Shown here piece by piece: positions 54,385 through 63,127 of a stretch of DNA of 64,000 nucleotides (position 1 is the stretch's first letter; each line of letters starts with the position of its first letter). The translations under genes and the position numbers were made by a program. The stretch comes from Mageeibacillus sp. UBA5747 (GTDB taxonomy: Bacteria > Bacillota > Clostridia > Saccharofermentanales > UBA5734). The DNA lies in assembly GCA_002419145.1 (NCBI GenBank), contig DIFN01000081.1, forward strand, positions 10,054 through 74,053, given 5' to 3'. The notes below the pieces were generated by a model. The model worked only from the letters and a program-made list of their open reading frames with translations, was not told the origin of the DNA and did no database searches.

Positions 54385-54891
54385 TTAGTCGTTCTGGACT
54401 TCGACGTTCATGTACAGTTCGCCGCGCTCGATGGCAATGGTTCCAGTGCGGACGAGCTCAAGAATACCATACGGATCTAAAAGTTCCTGCAGCGCCCTGA
54501 TCTTGCTCTCATGGCCTGTCAGCTCGATGGTGATGGTTTTCGGAGACACATCGATGATGTGGCCGCGGAAAATATCAGCGATCTGCAAGATCTCACCCCG
54601 GTTCTCGGCCGTGCAGCGGACCTTGACGAAAACCAGCTCGCGGGAGAAATGGTCGGCGGGTGTCAGGTGCCGGACGATCAGGACATCGGGCAATTTGTGC
54701 AGCTGCTTGGTGATCTGGTCGACCAGGCGCTGGTCGCCGTCAACCGTGATGGAAATACGGGAAATGGCAGGATTATGGGTGGTTCCGACTGCCAGACTCT
54801 CGATATTGAATCCGCGGCGGGCAAATAGATTCGTCACGCGGGTCAGGACACCGGAGCGGTTTTCTACCAGTACGGAAAGACTTTGCAGCAT
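54385..54891 (-). CDS. ilvN: Acetolactate synthase small (regulatory) subunit
   Basis: LSVLVENRSGVLTRVTNLFARRGFNIESLAVG ACT domain plus the ALS_ss_C domain, 168 aa. Confidence 0.9.
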   Translation of the reverse strand: MLQSLSVLVENRSGVLTRVTNLFARRGFNIESLAVGTTHNPAISRISITVDGDQRLVDQITKQLHKLPDVLIVRHLTPADHFSRELVFVKVRCTAENRGEILQIADIFRGHIIDVSPKTITIELTGHESKIRALQELLDPYGILELVRTGTIAIERGELYMNVEVQND

Positions 54892-54980
54892 CTTCTGACC
54901 TCCTCATATACTTTCCCAACAAATTAGCATGTTTTCAAGGCGCCGGGCAACTGCTTTGGCCAAGTGGTCGCAAAACGACC

Positions 54981-55019
54981 AGAAAAAGTGATGCCCGCCG
55001 GGCTTTGCAGCGGGCGGGC
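54981..55019 (-). terminator. Candidate terminator after mscL
   Basis: GC-rich hairpin GCCCGCC(C)G...C(C)GGCGGGC. On the minus strand it is followed, after 5 nt, by TTTTTCT. Confidence 0.5.
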
Positions 55020-55027
55020 TTTGGGGT

Positions 55028-55441
55028 TTATTTCTTCAGCAGATCCCGGATCTCTGCGAGCAGGATCACGTCTTCAGGCTTGGCCGGTGGAGCAGCTGGT
55101 TCCACCGGCTTTTCAAGCTTGGATCGCATCTTAGCGATGGCTTTGACAACCATGAAGACCGAGAGACCGATCAGGATGAAATTGATGATGACTTGGATCA
55201 GCTTGCCGTAGCCGATGGCAACTTCGGGTTTGACAATTTCGCCGTTTTCGAGAACCGCTGCGGCAAGGATGATTTTGAGATCAACAAAGCTGATCCCGGC
55301 TGTGGCAAAACCAATGATCGGCATGATGATATCATTGACCAGACTGGTGACGATGGCACCAAAAGCTGAACCGATCACCAGACCGACAGCCAGGTCAATG
55401 ACGTTGCCGCGCATCATAAACTTTTTAAATTCGCTCCACAT
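55028..55441 (-). CDS. mscL: Large-conductance mechanosensitive channel
   Basis: MWSEFKKFMMRGNVIDLAVGLVIGSAFGAIVTSLVNDIIMP. Start taken at the ATG at 55441 rather than at the ORF-track extension. Confidence 0.9.
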   Translation of the reverse strand: MWSEFKKFMMRGNVIDLAVGLVIGSAFGAIVTSLVNDIIMPIIGFATAGISFVDLKIILAAAVLENGEIVKPEVAIGYGKLIQVIINFILIGLSVFMVVKAIAKMRSKLEKPVEPAAPPAKPEDVILLAEIRDLLKK

Positions 55442-55475
55442 ACTTGTACACTCCTTTTCAGGCCGCCATTGATCC

Positions 55476-55505
55476 AAAAAATGGAGCACCGTCGAGGTGC
55501 TCCAT
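55476..55505 (-). terminator. Rho-independent terminator after the small P-loop gene
   Basis: ATGGAGCACC-5 nt-GGTGCTCCAT is a perfect 10-bp stem, followed on the minus strand by TTTTTT. Confidence 0.7.
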
Positions 55506-55554
55506 TCATCTGGACGGAGGATGGATCTTGATATCGTGAGAACCGCTCGAACAA

Positions 55555-55965
55555 TCAGCAGTACTGGCGGATGCCTTCAGGCAGCGAGTCGAGTTCTGCA
55601 GAGAGGATAATTGTGGCGTTCAGATTGTTCTTGACTGAGAATTTGTCGAGATCACGCAGGAATTGCTCAAGATGAACCAGGTCGGAGTCCCCGGAAACCT
55701 TAGTGATTGAATCGATGTAAAGATGGGTGAGATCGTAGTCTTCGGCGTAAATGCCGGCGATGAAGGCGAGTAACTCGCGATAGCCTTTGACGGGGTATTC
55801 AAGGATGTCAATCAAGCGGATTTTGTATTTGACCATTCGGTTGAGCCGATCACCGTATTCGATGCACACGACATCTGCGGCGTCATTGTAGGCTTGGGCG
55901 TTCAGCTCGTCGACCAGCTGGCTGGTCTTGCCGCTGCCCTTGCCACCCACTATTACCTTGACCAT
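55555..55965 (-). CDS. Small stand-alone P-loop NTPase of unknown function (136 aa)
   Basis: Walker A GGKGSGKT at the extreme N-terminus and a Walker-B-like HLYIDS. No other domain. The second ATG is preferred on RBS spacing (GGGAGAG). Confidence 0.55.
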   Translation of the reverse strand: MVKVIVGGKGSGKTSQLVDELNAQAYNDAADVVCIEYGDRLNRMVKYKIRLIDILEYPVKGYRELLAFIAGIYAEDYDLTHLYIDSITKVSGDSDLVHLEQFLRDLDKFSVKNNLNATIILSAELDSLPEGIRQYC

Positions 55966-56119
55966 AAGCATCTCTCCCTTGTCTGTTTATTCTGGCGCCA
56001 GATACTCTCTGTTCTCTGGCTTACTGCCATTGTACCCCAACGTGTAAATGAAAAGAAAGCCCTTGACAGCTTGAATGACAGAGGAAAACGAACCCGAATT
56101 GAATGGCCGGCGGCAAAGC

Positions 56120-56148
56120 TTGCCAATGTCCCAGAGGCATGATATACT
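56120..56148 (+). promoter_or_regulatory. Candidate promoter of the rimP-nusA-infB operon: TTGCCA, 17-nt spacer, extended -10 TGaTATACT
   Basis: TTGCCA at 56120-56125 and TATACT at 56143-56148 with an exact 17-nt spacer and TG upstream. It has the same architecture as the rpsT candidate promoter. Confidence 0.5.
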
Positions 56149-56172
56149 TCATTTGTTCGGAAGTTTCTTTGC

Positions 56173-56205
56173 AAAGAGTGGGGCTCGCCCCGCTCTTTCT
56201 TGTTA
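56173..56205 (+). promoter_or_regulatory. Leader hairpin with a U-rich tail (candidate attenuator/intrinsic terminator) directly upstream of the rimP RBS
   Basis: AAAGAGTGGGG-CTCG-CCCCGCTCTTT is a 9-11 bp stem with one G-U pair, followed by TTCTTGTT. It ends 12 nt before the ATG at 56217. Confidence 0.5.
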
Positions 56206-56216
56206 AAAGGTGGTTT

Positions 56217-56687
56217 ATGGCAGAAAGATCCCGTCAGGCACAGACTGTCTATGATGCACTCGCAGAGCGAGTGGAAGCACTTGGTGTCGACCTGGTTGAT
56301 GTGGCATTCGTCCGTGAAGGCCCCGCGACGATCCTGCGCATCCTGATTGACAAGGACGGCGGCGTGACTTTGGATGACTGCACCGTGGTCAATCACCTCG
56401 TGGACCCAATCATCGACCATGAGCTGAAGCTTTCCAGCCATGATTACCTCGAGGTTTCTTCACCGGGTCTCGAGCGTCCCTTGAAGACAGACCGCGAACT
56501 GGCCCGTTACCAAGGGGCCCCCGTTGAATTTTCCCTCTACCAGGCTCAGGACGGGAAAAAGAAATTCCCCGGCAAGCTGGGCCCTTTCACCGCAGAGACC
56601 GTGACGCTCATCCTGCCCGACGGCGGCGAGCAGGAATTTGCCCGGGACAAAATCGCCAAAATCAAACGCATCGTCGTATTTGAATGA
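56217..56687 (+). CDS. rimP: Ribosome maturation factor RimP
   Basis: Conserved position before nusA. The pattern (G..LVDV.F.....LRI.ID...GV.LDDC...) and the Sm-like C-terminus fit RimP. Confidence 0.9.
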   Translation: MAERSRQAQTVYDALAERVEALGVDLVDVAFVREGPATILRILIDKDGGVTLDDCTVVNHLVDPIIDHELKLSSHDYLEVSSPGLERPLKTDRELARYQGAPVEFSLYQAQDGKKKFPGKLGPFTAETVTLILPDGGEQEFARDKIAKIKRIVVFE

Positions 56688-56709
56688 ATTTAAAGGAGAA
56701 TCACAAGAT

Positions 56710-57825
56710 ATGAACGCAGAGCTCATCGAAGCCATCCGGTTACTGGAAAAGGAACGTGGCATTGACGCGGAGATCCTCTTTGAGGCGATTGAAGAGGCGC
56801 TGGTCTCGGCTTACAAACGTGAATTCGAAGCCAAGACTACTGACAACATCCGTGCGGAAGTCGATCGTGAAACGGGTGAAATGCGCGTTTTCCTGACCAA
56901 AACCGTCGTTGAAACCGTCGATGACCCCAATGCCGAGATATCCCTGGAGGAGGCCCGAGTTTTGTCCGAGGATTTTGATCTCGGCGACATGATGGAATAC
57001 CAGCTCAGTCCGCAGGATTTCGGCCGCCTGGCCGCCCAGACCGCCAAGAATGTCATCAACCAGAAGTTGTCCAGTGCGGAACGTGAGCGCATCCAGAATG
57101 AATTCTCCAGCCGGGTTGGCGAATTGGCCGCCGGTGTCGTTCAGCGCAAAGACCGGCGTGAAGTCATCGTAGACATTGGCCGCGCCGAAGCAGTCCTGCC
57201 ATACAATGAGCAGGTCCGGCTGGATGGCTATAATTTCAACCAGCGCATGCGTTTCTATATCCTGAAGGTGGACGAAAAGAAAGGCCGCCCGATTGTCTAT
57301 GTTTCGCGCAGTCACCCCAATCTGGTCCGCAAACTGTTCGAGCAGGAAGTGCCGGAAATCGCCAACGGGATTGTGGAGATCGTCTCGGTAGCCCGCGAAG
57401 CCGGCTCCCGCTCCAAGATCGCCGTGGCTTCCCGTGATGCCAATGTCGACAGTGTCGGCGCCTGCGTCGGCCAGCGCGGCCTTCGGGTCCAGGCCATCAT
57501 GGACGAGCTGATGGGCGAGAAAATCGACATCATCGAATGGGATCCGGATGTGACTGTTTTCATCAGCAATGCTTTAAGCCCGGCTAAGGTCGTCAAAGTC
57601 GACATCCTGCCCGAAGAAAAAATTGCCCGTGTGGTTGTTTCTGATCACCAGCTGTCCCTGGCGATTGGGCGCGAAGGCCAGAATGCCCGTCTGGCAGCCC
57701 GCCTGACGGGCTGGAAAATTGACATCAAGAGCGAATCCCAGTACCGTGAAGCTGTTGAGAAAGAATTCATGAGCCGTTTCACCCAGGCTGTCGAGGAATC
57801 GACGACCCAGGACGAAAACAACTGA
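56710..57825 (+). CDS. nusA: Transcription termination/antitermination factor NusA
   Basis: MNAELIEAIRLLEKERGI..., followed by S1 and two KH domains (GACVGQRGLRVQAI, AIGREGQNARLAARLTGWKIDI). Confidence 0.95.
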   Translation: MNAELIEAIRLLEKERGIDAEILFEAIEEALVSAYKREFEAKTTDNIRAEVDRETGEMRVFLTKTVVETVDDPNAEISLEEARVLSEDFDLGDMMEYQLSPQDFGRLAAQTAKNVINQKLSSAERERIQNEFSSRVGELAAGVVQRKDRREVIVDIGRAEAVLPYNEQVRLDGYNFNQRMRFYILKVDEKKGRPIVYVSRSHPNLVRKLFEQEVPEIANGIVEIVSVAREAGSRSKIAVASRDANVDSVGACVGQRGLRVQAIMDELMGEKIDIIEWDPDVTVFISNALSPAKVVKVDILPEEKIARVVVSDHQLSLAIGREGQNARLAARLTGWKIDIKSESQYREAVEKEFMSRFTQAVEESTTQDENN

Positions 57826-57846
57826 TCTGAGGCTGCGAACATCCAG

Positions 57847-58152
57847 ATGGCCAAGCATATTCCCATCCGCCAATGTGTGACCTGCCGCACAGCCCGCCCC
57901 AAGCGGGAACTGTTGCGTGTCGTGATCGATGCCAAGGGTGAGATCAGTCTGGATCCCACCGGCAAAAAAGCGGGCCGGGGCGCCTATGTCTGCCGCAAGC
58001 GCCAGTGCCTGGAGCAGGCAATCCGCGGCCACAAGCTGGATCGCAGCTTGAAAAATCGGGTGGATGAAGCCACGATCGCTGCCCTGGTGGCGGAAATGGA
58101 GGCTTTGCCTCCGGATGAGGAGACCGATGACCCAGCTTGCAGAAACCCCTGA
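57847..58152 (+). CDS. ylxR: YlxR (DUF448) RNA-binding protein
   Basis: PIRQCVTCR...KRELLRVV......DPTGK..GRGAYVC. This is the canonical DUF448 motif, in the conserved position after nusA. Confidence 0.85.
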   Translation: MAKHIPIRQCVTCRTARPKRELLRVVIDAKGEISLDPTGKKAGRGAYVCRKRQCLEQAIRGHKLDRSLKNRVDEATIAALVAEMEALPPDEETDDPACRNP

Positions 58153-58471
58153 AGCAATCTACCGCCTGATAGGCCTTTCCCGCCGGGCTGGACGTCTCGT
58201 CCTGGGTAGTGAAGCTGTAGAAAAAGCCGCCCGCAATGGCCAGCTCAGCCTGTTGATCCTGGCTGGGGATGCCGGACCTAACACCACTGGCCGGATGGAG
58301 CAAGTGAGCCGTGTGACCCATACCCCTTTGCTGGTGGTTGGAGATCGCCAGATTCTGGGCCATTGGACTGGCCAGAAGGAACGCGTGGTCGCTGGTCTGT
58401 CGGATCAGGGATTCGCCGGCAAAATCCTGAGCCTTACTGACACCAGGACCGAACAAGAGAGTGATAAATGA
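58127..58471 (+). CDS. L7Ae/L30e-family RNA-binding protein (YlxQ-like)
   Basis: [40 protein letters not shown], typical of YlxQ. Start taken at the internal ATG at 58127. The gene overlaps the end of ylxR. Confidence 0.75.
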   Translation: MTQLAETPEAIYRLIGLSRRAGRLVLGSEAVEKAARNGQLSLLILAGDAGPNTTGRMEQVSRVTHTPLLVVGDRQILGHWTGQKERVVAGLSDQGFAGKILSLTDTRTEQESDK

Positions 58472-61400
58472 CGCTGGAGGATACTGAAACGATTATGGTA
58501 AAAAAAGACGAAACTGGATCTGATAAACACGTTGGGTCCGAGCAAGATGTAAAGAACGCTGATCTGAAGAAAGGCCTCAAGCCCCATGCGGATGCGTCCA
58601 TTGAGCAGCACACTCCCATTCACCCGGGAGAAATGACCGCTGCTCATGCCCAGGATCTGACCTCTGGACCGACCATCACGATGCAGGGTGTGTCTGGTAA
58701 AAAGATCACAGGCGTCGTCAAGGTGGTCAAGGTCACCAAGCATGAGACGGCTGGCGAACAGACTGGGGCAGACGAGACTTACGTCTCTCAAGATGCACCC
58801 GAGGCCGCCACTGCTGCCCAGCCAGCTGCCGAACCGGTGAAACCAGTGGAATCTGCACCAGCGCCAGCTCCTGCGGGCGCTAACGCACCCACGGGAAAAA
58901 CAGGACCGGCAGACACGGGTGCCGCTGGCACTTCAGCCGCTGCTGCCAGAACAGCAGAGGCCGCTTCGGCTGCTCCAGCTGCCCCAGCCGCTTCGGCTAC
59001 TCCAGCCGCTTCGGCTACTCCAGCTACTCCGGCTACCCCGACTACTCCGGCTGCTCCGACTGAAAAACCCTCATACCCCAGAACACCGGCGCCTTCTGCC
59101 GGCCAGGGCACTCCCCAGGCGACGGGTCCCGTCCAGCGTAGTGCTGGACCCGGATCGACGCCCTATGGCACATCGAATCGCCCTCAAAGTGGCAATTACA
59201 ATCGCGACCGCGCTCCCGCCCCAGGCCAGGCCGGTCCCGGGGCAACGCCCTACGGGACGCCCAACCGTCCGCAGAGCGGCAATTACAATCGCGACCGCAC
59301 CCCAGGCCCAGGTGGCCCAGGTGCGACACCCTACGGCACACCGAACCGCCCGCAAAGCGGCAATTACAACCGTGACCGCGCCCCCGGACAGGGCGCTCCC
59401 GGACAGGGCGGCCCCGGTGGCTATAACCGTGCTCCGGGCTCAGGTGGTCCCGGCGGGTACAACCGCGCTCCCGGACAGGGCGCTCCCGGACAGGGCGGCC
59501 CCGGTGGCTATAACCGCGGTCCCGCACAAGGCGGTCCCGGTGGTTATAACCGTGGCCCAGGTGGCCCGGGAGGATCTGGCGGTTACAACCGCGGTCCCGC
59601 ACAAGGCGGTTACGGCAGTCGCCCTCAGGGTGGCGGCTTTGGTGGCGGCGGCTTTGACAAGGACAAGGATCGTCCGCAGGCCCCGTATGGCAGCCGCCCC
59701 AGCACACCCAAGCCCAAGCCGGCTGTTCCGGCTGAATTGCAGGGCAAGGAAAGCACCATCCGGCCCCGTCCGGCTGAACCGAAACGCGATGATCGTCGCG
59801 AACCGAAAAAGGAAGCCTTTAAAGGCGCCGGCGATGTTCGTGACAAGCACAATGTGCTGCGCCAGCAAGCCGCTGTCGTCTCCGGTAAGGGTGTCCATGA
59901 GGCTCTCAGCGATGATGCCGTGCTCGACACGCTCTACACGGATAACATCAAAGGCAAGCGCAGCAAGGGCGGACGTCGGGTGGCCGAAGCACCGGCCCGG
60001 GCTGTCCTGACCCAGGTCTCCCTGCCGGCATCGCTGACTGTCAAGGAATTTGCCGAAGCGATCAAGAAAACAACCGCTGAAATCATCAAGAAGCTGATGA
60101 AATATGGCGTCATGGCGACTCTAAACCAAACCATAGACTTTGACACCGCTGCTCTGGTTGCTGATGAATTTGGCATCAAGTGCGAGCTTTTGGTTGAAGT
60201 GACAGAAGAAGACATCCTCTTCGATGATACCGAAGACCAGGACCAGGATCTTAAACCTCGTCCGCCGGTCGTAGTTGTCATGGGGCACGTTGACCATGGC
60301 AAGACCTCGATCCTCGACCGCATCCGCTCGGCCAATGTCGTCTCTGGCGAAGCCGGCGGTATCACCCAGCACATCGGCGCCTATACCGTCCGGGCCAAGG
60401 GCCGCCAGATCACTTTCCTCGACACGCCTGGCCATGAAGCCTTCACCACCATGCGTGCCCGCGGCGCCCAGGTCACCGACATTGCCATCCTGGTTGTCGC
60501 TGCTGATGATGGTGTCATGCCCCAGACCATTGAAGCAATCAACCACGCCAAAGCCGCCAACACTCAGATTGTGGTTGCGATCAACAAGATTGACAAAGAA
60601 GGCGCCAATATAGACCGTGTCAAACAAGAATTGTCCAAGTACGATCTGATTCCCGAAGAGTGGGGCGGCAACACCGTCATGGTGCCGGTTTCGGCCAAAG
60701 TTGGCACTGGCATTGACGAATTGCTGGAGATGGTGCTTTTGACCGCCGATATTCTTGACCTTAAGGCCAATCCGGACAAGCAAGCCAAAGGTACGGTCAT
60801 TGAAGCCAAGCTGGACAAGAATCGCGGCCCAGTCGCGACCGTTCTCGTCCAGCGTGGTACGTTGCGCACCGGCGACACAGTGGTGACCGGTTCGATCATC
60901 GGCAATGTCCGGGCCATGTCTGACGATAAAGGTCAACTGGTCAAGAAAGCCGGCCCCTCGATCCCGGTCGAAATCCTCGGTTTGCCGGAAGTCCCGGAGG
61001 CCGGTGAGATCTTCTACGCCGTCAAGGACGACAAAGTAGGCCGGGCCCTGGTCGAAAAACGCCGTATCCTGCAGCGTGAGAAACAGCTCAAAGCCAGTTC
61101 GCATGTCTCGTTGGACTCGCTGTTTTCCAAATTGGCTGCCGGTGAAGTCAAAGACCTCAACATCATTGTCAAGGCAGACGTCCAAGGTTCAGTCGAAGCC
61201 GTGCGCCAGTCGCTCGAGAAACTGACCAATGAAGAAGTCCGCGTCAATGTGATCCACGGTGCTGTCGGCGCCATCACCGAATCCGACATTCGCCTGGCAG
61301 AGGTTTCCAATGCCATCGTCATCGGCTTCAATGTCCGGCCGGCTGCCAATGTGGCAGACCTGGCCAAAGAGACCGAGGTCGATGTCCGCCTCTACCGCGT

Positions 61401-61758
61401 CATCTACAACGCGATCGAAGACGTCGAAGCAGCTATGAAGGGCATGCTCGCCCCGAAATACAAGGAGAATATCCTTGGTCACGCCGAAGTCCGCCAGGTC
61501 TTCAAGGTCAGTGGGGTCGGCACCATTGCCGGCAGCTATGTCACCGATGGCAAGTTCTTGCGCGCAGCGGAAGTCCGTGTCGTCCGGGACGGCATCGTTA
61601 TCCATGAAGGTAAACTTTCTTCGCTCAAGCGCTTCAAGGATGACGTCCGTGAAGTGGCCACTGGCTACGAATGTGGTATCGGTATTGAGCGTTTTAATGA
61701 CATCAAGGAAGGCGACATCTTCGAAGCCTTTGAAATGCAGGAAATCGAAAGGAGCTGA
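58468..61758 (+). CDS. infB: Translation initiation factor IF-2 with an unusually long, repeat-rich disordered N-terminal region (start codon uncertain)
   Basis: The C-terminal ~600 aa are canonical IF2 ([29 protein letters not shown], domains II-IV). The N-terminal ~450 aa are Ala/Pro- and Gly/Pro/Asn/Arg/Tyr-rich repeats. Confidence 0.92.
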   Translation: MTLEDTETIMVKKDETGSDKHVGSEQDVKNADLKKGLKPHADASIEQHTPIHPGEMTAAHAQDLTSGPTITMQGVSGKKITGVVKVVKVTKHETAGEQTGADETYVSQDAPEAATAAQPAAEPVKPVESAPAPAPAGANAPTGKTGPADTGAAGTSAAAARTAEAASAAPAAPAASATPAASATPATPATPTTPAAPTEKPSYPRTPAPSAGQGTPQATGPVQRSAGPGSTPYGTSNRPQSGNYNRDRAPAPGQAGPGATPYGTPNRPQSGNYNRDRTPGPGGPGATPYGTPNRPQSGNYNRDRAPGQGAPGQGGPGGYNRAPGSGGPGGYNRAPGQGAPGQGGPGGYNRGPAQGGPGGYNRGPGGPGGSGGYNRGPAQGGYGSRPQGGGFGGGGFDKDKDRPQAPYGSRPSTPKPKPAVPAELQGKESTIRPRPAEPKRDDRREPKKEAFKGAGDVRDKHNVLRQQAAVVSGKGVHEALSDDAVLDTLYTDNIKGKRSKGGRRVAEAPARAVLTQVSLPASLTVKEFAEAIKKTTAEIIKKLMKYGVMATLNQTIDFDTAALVADEFGIKCELLVEVTEEDILFDDTEDQDQDLKPRPPVVVVMGHVDHGKTSILDRIRSANVVSGEAGGITQHIGAYTVRAKGRQITFLDTPGHEAFTTMRARGAQVTDIAILVVAADDGVMPQTIEAINHAKAANTQIVVAINKIDKEGANIDRVKQELSKYDLIPEEWGGNTVMVPVSAKVGTGIDELLEMVLLTADILDLKANPDKQAKGTVIEAKLDKNRGPVATVLVQRGTLRTGDTVVTGSIIGNVRAMSDDKGQLVKKAGPSIPVEILGLPEVPEAGEIFYAVKDDKVGRALVEKRRILQREKQLKASSHVSLDSLFSKLAAGEVKDLNIIVKADVQGSVEAVRQSLEKLTNEEVRVNVIHGAVGAITESDIRLAEVSNAIVIGFNVRPAANVADLAKETEVDVRLYRVIYNAIEDVEAAMKGMLAPKYKENILGHAEVRQVFKVSGVGTIAGSYVTDGKFLRAAEVRVVRDGIVIHEGKLSSLKRFKDDVREVATGYECGIGIERFNDIKEGDIFEAFEMQEIERS

Positions 61759-61764
61759 GCAGCC

Positions 61765-62130
61765 ATGCAACGATCCGACCGCGTCGGGGACGAAATCCAG
61801 AAAGTAGTGGCTGATCTGATCCAGAATGAAATCAAAGACCCGCGCCTCCCGCCGATGGTATCGGTGGTCGAGGTGCGGGCCTCCCGCGACTTGTCCCACG
61901 CCCATATCTACATCAGTGTTCTGGGCACTGAAGAGCAGAAAAAAGACTGCGCCGCTGCCTTGAAAAGTGCAGCTGGCTTTATCCGCCGCGAAGTAGCCCG
62001 CCGGGTGCGCCTGCGTATTTCCCCGGAATTGCACTTCGTCGTTGACGAATCGATCGAGCGTGGCATTCGCATGAGCCGCCTGATTGACGAAGCCATGGAG
62101 GGAATAACACCGGATGATTCCGACTCGTGA
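61765..62130 (+). CDS. rbfA: Ribosome-binding factor A
   Basis: RSDRVGDEIQKVVADLI..EIKDPRL..MVSVVEVRASRDLSHAHIYISVLG. Confidence 0.9.
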   Translation: MQRSDRVGDEIQKVVADLIQNEIKDPRLPPMVSVVEVRASRDLSHAHIYISVLGTEEQKKDCAAALKSAAGFIRREVARRVRLRISPELHFVVDESIERGIRMSRLIDEAMEGITPDDSDS

Positions 62131-63127
62131 CCGCATTGCCGAAGTCGTTCTGGATGTAATCCGCAAAAAGGAAAGAATCGGAATTTATCCGCATGTGGGT
62201 GCTGACGGAGACGCTCTCGGCAGCGCCATTGGCTTGGCCTTGGCCTTGCGACAGGCAGGTGCGTCGGCCCATGTTTTTGTGGATGAAAGGGTCAACCCGC
62301 GCCTGTTATTTCTGCCAGCTCTGGACCTGGTCTCTGTTTATGCCGATCTGGACACAAGGAGCTGGCCACAGGACCAGGCTTTGGCTGTTGCCGTAGATTG
62401 CACGGAGCCAGAACGCCTGGGCTGCCGCCAGGAGCTGTACCGCGATGCACCGATCCAGGCAGCTTTGGATCACCATGTCTCAAGCGGCGAATCTGGCGGC
62501 CTGCGCCTGATCGACCCGCTGGCCTCGGCTGCCGGTGAAATCATTTTCGAGTTGATCAAGGATCTGGAGCAGCTGCTGGGCCAGCCGCTGCTGACCCAGG
62601 ATGCTGCCATGGCCCTGATGACGGCGATTGTCTCGGACACGGGGGGCTTTGTCTACTCCAACACGACCGCCCGGACCTTTGCCATCGCTGCTCAATTGAT
62701 GGCCTATGATCCTGATTTGCGCCTGATCACCTATCGACTTTTTCATGAGTCGACCAAGACCCAGTTGCGTCTCCAGGGGGAACTCTTTTCCAATGCCCAG
62801 TTCCTCTATGACGATCGGCTGGTTTTTGCCCGCGTGGACCAAAAACTGATGCAACAGTTTTCTGCAACTGACACCGACCTGGACGGGATTGTCTCCGAGC
62901 TGCGCAGTGTTTCGGGTGTGGAAGTGGCCTTTATGTTCCGTGAACTGGCCGACGGAGCCATCCGGGTCAATATCCGCAGCAATGAAAACTTTCATGCATC
63001 TGATTTTGCCCGCCCCTTTGGTGGTGGCGGACATGCTAAGGCTGCGGGCATGACCATCCGGCACCGATCACTCCATGATGTGGTGGACCTGGTTGTCGAT
63101 CAGGCCGGTCAGTGGCTCAATGGCTGA
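62114..63127 (+). CDS. nrnA: DHH/DHHA1 family phosphoesterase (NrnA-like oligoribonuclease/pAp phosphatase)
   Basis: HVGADGDALGS (the DHH motif region), DHH.S and a C-terminal GGGH motif. The position between rbfA and truB is conserved. Confidence 0.85.
   Translation: MIPTRDRIAEVVLDVIRKKERIGIYPHVGADGDALGSAIGLALALRQAGASAHVFVDERVNPRLLFLPALDLVSVYADLDTRSWPQDQALAVAVDCTEPERLGCRQELYRDAPIQAALDHHVSSGESGGLRLIDPLASAAGEIIFELIKDLEQLLGQPLLTQDAAMALMTAIVSDTGGFVYSNTTARTFAIAAQLMAYDPDLRLITYRLFHESTKTQLRLQGELFSNAQFLYDDRLVFARVDQKLMQQFSATDTDLDGIVSELRSVSGVEVAFMFRELADGAIRVNIRSNENFHASDFARPFGGGGHAKAAGMTIRHRSLHDVVDLVVDQAGQWLNG

Noticed and set aside
59150-59640. Possible CRISPR array or non-coding tandem repeat
   Set aside because: The repeats are in-frame, degenerate and lack unique spacers of constant length. 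They encode Gly/Pro/Asn/Arg/Tyr peptide repeats within infB.
58919-60010. 363-aa alternative plus-frame ORF (Pro/Leu/Arg/Ala-rich) within the infB 5' region
   Set aside because: It is an out-of-frame reading of the GC-rich repeats. The annotated frame runs continuously into the IF2 GTPase domain, whereas this frame terminates before it.
60121-62166. 354-aa and 325-aa minus-strand ORFs opposite infB and rbfA
   Set aside because: They lie antisense to canonical IF2 GTPase and RbfA sequences. They are high-GC shadow frames.
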